The notes under the pieces were generated by a model, which was given only the letters and a program-made list of their open reading frames with translations, had not been told where the DNA came from and did no database searches. From a virus (Duplodnaviria; Caudoviricetes), in IMG/VR virus record IMGVR_UViG_3300025610_000072, positions 1-35,736 of that record: a stretch of 35,736 nt of DNA, one strand, 5' to 3'. Each line of letters starts with the position of its first letter. Within the stretch, counting starts at the first letter, position 1. The translations under genes and the position numbers were made by a program. Positions 18,854-26,700 of this stretch are shown here, piece by piece.

Positions 18854-19346
18854 ACGCTGTACCTGCCACGATGTTCTCATCGTAAAGAATTTGAACCGAT
18901 GGTTCAAGGAAAAGTGGGTGGATGTATCTCGTAAGGATAAGGACGGCAAGCACCCACCGTGTGGCCGTAGTAAAGCCAATAAATCAAGCAAGGGCTACCC
19001 CAAGTGTCGCCCCAGTGTCAAAGTAAGTGACAAGACTCCAAAGACCAGTGGCTCTATGTCGTCGGGTCAAAAGCAAGCCGCTACTAAACGCAAGCGTGCA
19101 AAAAAGCAGGGCGTTGGTGGCAAACCAACGGTGGTGAAAGCAATGAAAGATAACAAGAAAGATATGAAAGGCAAAAAAGGAATGGTCATGGTGATTGCGG
19201 TCACGGCTAAACCGAAAGGTAAGGACAAAGTGGGTGTAAAGAAAATGCAAAAGTTTGCAGGGCAAATGGAGCAATGCCACACTTGCGGCAATATGTTTCC
19301 CAATTACCGTATGTTGAGTCAACATCAACAACAAATGCGTCATTGA
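18843..19346 (+). CDS. Lys-rich protein (LNRWFKEKWVD...PCGRS...YPKCRP; DUF5872-like C-half) with C-terminal C2H2-like finger
   Basis: In frame with ORF 18819-19346; the start (TTG 18843) is uncertain. CHTC...H....H at the C-terminus. Confidence 0.7.
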   Translation: MENERCTCHDVLIVKNLNRWFKEKWVDVSRKDKDGKHPPCGRSKANKSSKGYPKCRPSVKVSDKTPKTSGSMSSGQKQAATKRKRAKKQGVGGKPTVVKAMKDNKKDMKGKKGMVMVIAVTAKPKGKDKVGVKKMQKFAGQMEQCHTCGNMFPNYRMLSQHQQQMRH

Positions 19347-19387
19347 TGTAAGAAAGATTAAAACCAAAGGTCAATTGAGTGGTCATT

Positions 19388-20683
19388 ATGTGGGGGAGTA
19401 TGTTAATCGGGGATGAATATGATTCACCCCTGCAAGTTGAGGATGAGTTTTCAAACACAGTTTTGAAGAATCTTGCTCAACATCCCTTTTTTCAACCACA
19501 AGATGTGCCATTAAATACTTTAAATATAGTCAAAGAAGATAAAGACGCAGTAAGCCTTTTTCCAAAAAACGGAGATGGGTGGTTTGAGAGTAAATATGGT
19601 ACAGATGCTAATACAATTATTCGGATGTGTCGCAAAATGCGAAGACATGATAAGGTGTTTAAATCCGAATACGATAACATCATCAAAGATATACGCCAAG
19701 TAAAAGCAATGGAAGTTGACGCTACCATTAAATCTCTTACATGGGCGGTTGGAATGGAAGATGTAATTCGCAACATAGGGCTTAGTGACCGTTCTTTGAA
19801 AGCACTTCGTAAGTTTGGTGAATTAAGAGGAACAAGTTTGCAAAAAGCATGTCAACAATACCTCAAAGCCATGACTGTATTACAACATCTTAATGAAAAA
19901 ATGGATTGGGACACTGATGACCAGCAAAATTGGGTTGATGCTAACAGCATGAAAAAAGATGCTCAAAAAATGTGGCGCAATACATTGCATCAAATTGATA
20001 ACTTGAAGAAGACCGATGTTGCCGCTTTGGAATACGCATCAAATCTTCTTGGAAAAGAAGGGGCACTTGGTAGTCGTGAAATTGTACGACGAGGGTATGG
20101 AGTTCTTAACAAATCCATGACACCTGCAAAAATGAGTTCTCTTCTCAAAATGTACGGTGAAGAGGTTGATGTTTACCGAGGAAGTAGCAATAGTACATAT
20201 GTAAAACAAGGCACAAATGGTTTCATTATCAAAGATATGTGGGCGTACACCGCTGGTTTTGTAGATGCTGACGGTAGCATTTTCATTTCCGAGCGAGGTG
20301 ACCCCCGTGTGACTATTGTAGCCAGTGGAGATAACGGCAAAGCGCATTGCGAAGAGTTGCAGAAAATGATTGGTTGTGGTCGCCTTGTGTCCGACCAAAA
20401 ATTGGCTAAAAACACCATTAAACCAGTTCATCGGTTGATATTTTCTTCTAAGCAAGATATTCATGAAATTCTTAAAGGGGTCTTACCACATCTTAAACTC
20501 AAATCGTTACAAGCAAAGGCCGTTTTAAATTATATTCAAGAAAAGGACAGTATGAGAAAAACGCAACTTTACCAACTGGTAACATACAATAATTGGAAAG
20601 ACCATAAAAGTAAAGCCACTTCTCTCTTGAACAAGTGGGGCGTTGATTTAGACACTATTGGTGGATATGCGGAGGGACTATGA
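19388..20683 (+). CDS. Protein with C-terminal LAGLIDADG endonuclease-like domain
   Basis: WAYTAGFVDADGSIFIS near 20246 and ILKGVLPHLKLKSLQA. The long N-terminal helical region is unassigned. Confidence 0.8.
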   Translation: MWGSMLIGDEYDSPLQVEDEFSNTVLKNLAQHPFFQPQDVPLNTLNIVKEDKDAVSLFPKNGDGWFESKYGTDANTIIRMCRKMRRHDKVFKSEYDNIIKDIRQVKAMEVDATIKSLTWAVGMEDVIRNIGLSDRSLKALRKFGELRGTSLQKACQQYLKAMTVLQHLNEKMDWDTDDQQNWVDANSMKKDAQKMWRNTLHQIDNLKKTDVAALEYASNLLGKEGALGSREIVRRGYGVLNKSMTPAKMSSLLKMYGEEVDVYRGSSNSTYVKQGTNGFIIKDMWAYTAGFVDADGSIFISERGDPRVTIVASGDNGKAHCEELQKMIGCGRLVSDQKLAKNTIKPVHRLIFSSKQDIHEILKGVLPHLKLKSLQAKAVLNYIQEKDSMRKTQLYQLVTYNNWKDHKSKATSLLNKWGVDLDTIGGYAEGL

Positions 20684-22443
20684 TGGCTGAAGAACAAGGA
20701 AGAATATCTCGTTTTTTATCTGCGTTAGGAGGGCCATTCCGTCGTAAAGAATCCCCAACACCAACCATGCCACTTTGGACAAGTGGAATCCAAGAACCTG
20801 TGATGGCTCAAGGAATTACAATTCCAGCACTTTACGCAGTGAGTAATGAATCACTTATTCTTCGTACAGTTCTTGCGAAACTACGCCAAGAAATGTTTCG
20901 TCGTGGTTATTATTGGGAAAAGAAATTTGCACGCAAGTGTACTGTATGTGATGAAGAATATCAAAGCGAAGTAGATGCCTGTGCAGAATGTGGGGGTGAG
21001 GTTCGTAAACCCGACAATGACGAACTGACATACTCAAAATGGCTTCTTAAACAAGAAAATAGCATGGAGCAATCTTTCATTCATGTGCTTAATGAAATAG
21101 AAAGTGACCTCAATGTTGTAGATGACGCTTTCATGATTCTTGTTAAGGAGTATTTTATTGACCCCGAATCAAAAGAAGTCGTCTTTTACAGGGTAAAAGA
21201 AATAATTCGTGGTGACCCCATATTCATGCGTATTGTCGCTGACAAGCGTGGTGTTCGTGGTGGACGCTTCAAGATATGTCTTATTCATCGTGATGAAGTC
21301 AAAACACACGCTGAAGATGACACATGTGAACACTGTGGTGCCGAACTGCATGATGTACATTATGTAAACATGGCTGGTAGTGGTAAAACGCAATACTTTG
21401 CTGAGGGAGAGGTTCTTCATGTAAGTAAATACAAACCCTCAAAGTTGTACGGTCGCTCACCTGTAAATACAATGTGGCGACAAGCCATGACTTTGACAGC
21501 GATGGATAATTACATTTACACTGCATATCAAAAGCGAAGGATGCCGAAAGGAATTGTATCAGTCACTACAGATAATTTAGAATCAATGAAGTCTTTTTGG
21601 AAGGCCGTTGATGAGAAAATGGAGCGTGACCCACACTACATTCCAAAAGTTGGCATTGAATCGGCTACAGGTCGTGGTGGTGTAAATTGGATTAAATTCA
21701 TGGACACTTTAGAAGAGATGCAATATATTGCAGTTCGTGATGAAATTCGTAATCGTATGGCCGCTTACTACGGAGTATCGTCTGTATTCATGATTGATAG
21801 TGGTAAGTCGGGTGGATTAAACAATGAGGGTATGCAAATACTTGTTACCAACCGTGCAGTTGAATTTGGACAAAAGGTGTACACTGAGGTTTTGTTTCCA
21901 CGCCTTCTCAAACAACTCAGTGTGAATGATTGGAAATTAACACTGTACCCTAACGAGGAAGAAGATGAAATTACTCGTTTGCGTCGTGACTCCGAAGAAC
22001 TCAATGTAGCACAACGGATGGCTCAACTTGGCTTTATGCCCGAACTCATTGAGGATACTGCTAACCGTGATATTCGGTTTACTTACAAGCGACCCGAACC
22101 TCAACCACCGCAACAAGGTGCACCTCCGGGCGGTATGCCTCCGGGCGGTATGCCTCCGGGCGGTATGCCTCCGGGCGGTATGCCTCCGGGTATGCCTATG
22201 GGGATGCCTCCCGGTGGAGGGCCACAAATGCCTCCACAGTTGGCTCAACAGATTATGCCTCCACCTCAACCCGGCGGTCAAGGCGTAGGACTCCGTAATC
22301 GTGGTCCTGCGGCACCTCAGCGAAGAGGAAGCATGGGTAGCGGTGCGCCGTTTACAAATGTTCAACAGCGTGGGCCGCAACCGTCCATGCAACAAAACAT
22401 AAGCAATGCACTTTTGGACGCAAGACGGCCTCGTGGTCAATAA
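20680..22443 (+). CDS. Portal protein with Zn-ribbon-like insertions and Pro/Gly/Met-rich tail
   Basis: EVLH...LYGRSPV, RMPKGIV and IRNRMAAYYGVS are HK97-type portal motifs. It lies between terminase and protease. Confidence 0.88.
   Translation: MMAEEQGRISRFLSALGGPFRRKESPTPTMPLWTSGIQEPVMAQGITIPALYAVSNESLILRTVLAKLRQEMFRRGYYWEKKFARKCTVCDEEYQSEVDACAECGGEVRKPDNDELTYSKWLLKQENSMEQSFIHVLNEIESDLNVVDDAFMILVKEYFIDPESKEVVFYRVKEIIRGDPIFMRIVADKRGVRGGRFKICLIHRDEVKTHAEDDTCEHCGAELHDVHYVNMAGSGKTQYFAEGEVLHVSKYKPSKLYGRSPVNTMWRQAMTLTAMDNYIYTAYQKRRMPKGIVSVTTDNLESMKSFWKAVDEKMERDPHYIPKVGIESATGRGGVNWIKFMDTLEEMQYIAVRDEIRNRMAAYYGVSSVFMIDSGKSGGLNNEGMQILVTNRAVEFGQKVYTEVLFPRLLKQLSVNDWKLTLYPNEEEDEITRLRRDSEELNVAQRMAQLGFMPELIEDTANRDIRFTYKRPEPQPPQQGAPPGGMPPGGMPPGGMPPGGMPPGMPMGMPPGGGPQMPPQLAQQIMPPPQPGGQGVGLRNRGPAAPQRRGSMGSGAPFTNVQQRGPQPSMQQNISNALLDARRPRGQ
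22123..22194 (+). repeat. Tandem repeat (CCTCCGGGCGGTATG)x4 plus partial copy, encoding PPGGM
   Basis: Read directly from the sequence. Confidence 0.95.
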
Positions 22444-22490
22444 CCTTCTTAAACACAAGTGTCATGAGAGAAACATAGCAGGGATTAAAC

Positions 22491-22841
22491 ATGGACTTAT
22501 TGAAAATGCACCCAATGGCCCGAAAAATGGAACAAGCGCAAAAAGCATTCATCAGTGCTTTGGAAACTGGTGATGGTAATTTAGCAAAGCAACATTTGAC
22601 AGAAGTACAAAAATTAAGTGATTTCCTTGCTGATGATTTGAGTGGAGAAATTGCCAAGTCGGATGTTGTTACACCTCAAGGACCACGAGATATTTTTGCA
22701 GGTGGAGTTCCAGTCGTTAAGATGGAACGCAAAAAACAAGCAAACCCCATTATTGAAGGCCAACGACTCGGCTTTATGTCATCTTCACAACACAACACCA
22801 ACTACAAACGCAGTGCTGGAAGTTACGGTCGTAAAGTTTGA
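22491..22841 (+). CDS. Hypothetical head-region protein
   Basis: 116-aa ORF with an EIAK|S site. Confidence 0.75.
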   Translation: MDLLKMHPMARKMEQAQKAFISALETGDGNLAKQHLTEVQKLSDFLADDLSGEIAKSDVVTPQGPRDIFAGGVPVVKMERKKQANPIIEGQRLGFMSSSQHNTNYKRSAGSYGRKV

Positions 22842-22850
22842 GGTGTTACT

Positions 22851-23195
22851 ATGACCGAAGAAACTTCAAATGCTGAACAATTGATTGGTGTTCTCATCAA
22901 TAAAATGGAGTCTATGGACTCAAATTTAATGCTTTTGAAGGCTGAAAATGATGCTTTGAAGCGTCTTGTCAACAACCCTCAACGACTTCTCCGTAAAATG
23001 GGTCTTGTGTCAGTAAACACACCATTTACCGAAGATTTGCTTAATGACCCATTTCGTGGAGATATGGAACTTGAAAGTGGTACAATCTTAAAAAGTCAAC
23101 CAAAAGTTGGCTCAATGAGTAATGAGGATATTCACAGTATGTCGTGGGAAGAAATTCACGAAATTGCACAAAACGCAAAGGGGGCTACACAATGA
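22851..23195 (+). CDS. Coiled-coil protein sharing its C-terminal motif with the protease/scaffold; putative auxiliary scaffold
   Basis: GAGGTG RBS. The last ~30 aa align without gaps to the C-terminus of ORF 29547-30917. Confidence 0.75.
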   Translation: MTEETSNAEQLIGVLINKMESMDSNLMLLKAENDALKRLVNNPQRLLRKMGLVSVNTPFTEDLLNDPFRGDMELESGTILKSQPKVGSMSNEDIHSMSWEEIHEIAQNAKGATQ

Positions 23196-23785
23196 AACCA
23201 AGACCAGTTAGCAATGAATACATTTCAAAAGCCATTGAATTAGAACAGCGACTTGAAGCATTGGAAATTTCCAAAGCAAAGTGTGACTGTAAAGAAGGTG
23301 AATGTGACTGTAAAGACTGTCCTAAGTGCGGTTCAAAGATGAACAAGATGGGTGGCTGTATGAAGATGGGTTGCGGTGGTAAAATGGAGAAAGCCGAGCC
23401 GGGATTCACAGCAGAAAAAATCTCCAATGTTAATCCTTCATTCCATGCTGAATCGGGTGGACAAACCAAGAGTGGTTACTTTACTACAAACGGAAAAACC
23501 ATTGAAACCGAAGATGCTCCTAAGAATAAAAAGGCTAAAGAAACAACCAATATGCAACAACTTGGTTCTCGTATGAACCCTCACGAGGGTAGCGGTGTTG
23601 AGCGAGAGGACACGGCTGGCGACTCCAAGCCTTTGAAGAAGGCTAATCGCAAAACAGCCATGCGTGAAGAAGGGGGGCCAATGATTTGCGGTCTTTGTGG
23701 AGGTACTGAGCGTAGCGGTTGTCAATTACCCCAACACGGTGGTATGGATTTGTTTGCTTGCCCGGATTTTAGGCCGCTCCGTTGA
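23192..23785 (+). CDS. Cys-rich (metallothionein-like segment) hypothetical protein
   Basis: ATG 23192 overlaps the upstream stop. Contains CDCKEGECDCKDCPKC..C...C and C-terminal CGLC..C..C. Confidence 0.75.
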   Translation: MKPRPVSNEYISKAIELEQRLEALEISKAKCDCKEGECDCKDCPKCGSKMNKMGGCMKMGCGGKMEKAEPGFTAEKISNVNPSFHAESGGQTKSGYFTTNGKTIETEDAPKNKKAKETTNMQQLGSRMNPHEGSGVEREDTAGDSKPLKKANRKTAMREEGGPMICGLCGGTERSGCQLPQHGGMDLFACPDFRPLR

Positions 23786-23798
23786 GGGCGGTGATAGC

Positions 23799-26700
23799 GT
23801 GAACGACCACTTCTATGTATGCGGTAATGAACTACTGAAATCATTGAATGACGGTCTTGACCTTCGCACAGCGGCGGCTGAATACATTCTCGCTTTTGAG
23901 AATCTTGACCATACTCCTTCCGAGCCGTTGTATAAATCATTGAAAAATACTGCTGATATAATTCTCAAAGACGAAGAGGATGCGGCTACGAAAGTAGATG
24001 ATGATACTTACGAGTATCCCGAAGGAGAAGGTTATCTTTTTGCACAAACTCATACTCACGGTGAGCCTACAAACCATGTATGGAAAGATGGATTACAAAC
24101 ATCAGTAAATCCAAAATTTGCTCATGCAATGTGGCCTTACTACCAACCACCCAGTGGCAAGCATCCATACCAACGCCACCACTTTCCTTTTCATGAAATC
24201 AATTATCCCCTTCTTCGCACCAACGCTGTTACAGGTGACCCTCATTATGTTCGTATGCTTCGTGCTTGGGCACTTGCTGGTCATGGTAAAAGAGAAAAAG
24301 AAATGGAAAAGAAATTCTTTGACAAACTTGGTAAAAAACACCCTATGGTTGCAGGTTATCAAAAAGAAAAAAGTGGTAAGAAAGTAAACATTATTGGTGA
24401 TACACGACCTTCGGGTACACTTCACCACCATCAATATGATTTGTATGACCGTGATTACTTTCGCTGGTTAAAGAATAACTCCAACCGTCAAGAAGAGTTG
24501 TTAGCAACAGGAATGTCCAACGAAGAAATGAAAGAGCAATTGCGTCAAGAACACTTTGAAGACCGAGCGGCTATGTGGGAAAACAACGATACTACACTGA
24601 GTGACTCTTACGAAGAACATCCAAATCGTCTTGGTCATCTTGGTTATATGCTCGGTCTTGAATGGCTAAGTCCCGAAGAGCGTTCAGCCGTAATGCAACA
24701 CATAAATGAGAAAGGTCTTGATGACCATGAACTGATTACTCTCCCCAATGGGGAAAAGATACCATCTGCTCGTATCAAATATAACGCTCTCATGCGTATG
24801 ACTCCCGAAATGAATTGGGCTATTCGCCCAATGACACACATGGGCCGAAACGCTCACTACCATCAAGAAGACAATGATAATGATTACACTAAGGGAGAAG
24901 AAGGTATGTTCTTACAACAAGGGCTTGGTACTCTTGCCCACGAACCGTTGGAAGAATTTGACGGTGTTTCTATTGCTTCTCATATTCTTAGTCGCATAAA
25001 AGAAAATTACGGTACTGAAAAGCGTATGCGGTATCTCCCTCGTCTTAACATTCACAAAGAACCAATGAAGGAACTTCAATATGATGAATTACTTGATGCG
25101 TCAAGAAGTCATTTCAAGGGTAAACAAAATTTAGAAAAGGTAAGGATGAGTAAAGATGACCTTCTTTATTTGGCTGGTTATGACCCAAAGACACGGGAAT
25201 TGATGAGCGAGCATCCTATTCATGGTAAACTGGATGAACCCATTGTAGATGCTGGAATGATTGACTACATTGAGGCTGTCGCTAAAATGCGGTCTTCACT
25301 TCATCGTCAAATAAAAGACATTCGCAATCATCGTGCATTCTTTACTTCACCCTTTGGCCCACACCCCGATGAAGAAAAGCCCGAATACTGGGAAACAAGT
25401 GCTGATAATGATTTTACTTACGGTCCGGGTCATTTTTGGAGTACACCGTTTCAAAGTACAGGTGGAGCAGGAATGTCTTACGCCACATACATGGAGATGC
25501 TTCATGCGACACACGCTCAAGAAGATGGTTCAACACCGTTTATTGAAAGCAAGGATGATACAGGTGAAAACTTCTTTGAGCCAAATATGATGAATAAAAC
25601 TCTCGCTAATCACTTCATGCCGTTGAGGTCAAAAATCATAGGTCAATACCAAGAAAAAATGAAAAAGGTGAACACAAAAGAAAAACAATTTGTATCTGCT
25701 GGAAAGGGTTTTGTTTACCGAAATGAGGCTGAAACTCTTCAAGAAATGCTTTCACCATTCGGTGTTTCAAAGAAACATCCTCATCGTGAAGGCACTACAA
25801 ACAAAAACAACATCACTGAACACAAGTCTTCACTCAATCCTCAGTACGAATACGCTATACGACACATGACGAAAAATGAGCGAGATAGCAAATTTGGTAC
25901 CCACCTTCAACCCCTTCAATTCCCACATACTGTAATTCCTAATTATCACATTGGCGGCAAAACTGGTTATGGTGCGGCACCTTCCGATAGTAACCTTCAC
26001 CGTAACGCCCAACTTGCTCATTTTGTAGAAACATTAGGAGGTCGTATGTATCACCCTCACACCCCCGCTAAAAAATCCATGCAAAAGCCAAGCGATTTCA
26101 TACGAGGGGATGAATCAACCAGCGGTGGTATGTCTCGTGATGAGTTTACAGACTTTATGAGATGGGGAAGCGGTACAGGGTTTTCTTTCAAGTCACTCAA
26201 AAATAAAGTTCTCAATAACAAAGATATGAACCATACGATGACTGCTATCACTCAAGCGTCAAAAATACTGGGTACACAAGACCCGAAGGAGATTCTTGAA
26301 TACCTTACTCACGGTGACCACGAAGAACTAAACCGTGCGTTGTTGGGTCGTGAAATCGGAGAATTTGATACCAATAAATTCAATATCGGGATAGACAGTA
26401 TGAAAGCCAGTATGAATACTGAGATTCAAAACAAGAAAAAGAATCAAAAAAGTAAAACCACAATGACCACTGATGAAAAAGATGTGGTGTCACGCTTTTT
26501 ACAATTTGGTGGTATGATGCCCGCTTCTCAAGAAGAAAGCGAGTTGAATACCAATCTTGAAATGATGAATCAGCAATTGATAGATACGCCAGTTGAGCAA
26601 CGAGGCGAACTGATGCAACAAATTCGTGACACAACTGAACAACTTGAGCGTGTACAACAAAAAATGAACAAAAAGAAGCAATCTTCTCATTGGGAAAAAG

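Noticed and set aside
19388-20683. Intein or group I intron associated with the LAGLIDADG domain
   Set aside because: Terminase and portal appear uninterrupted, and no splicing motifs were seen.
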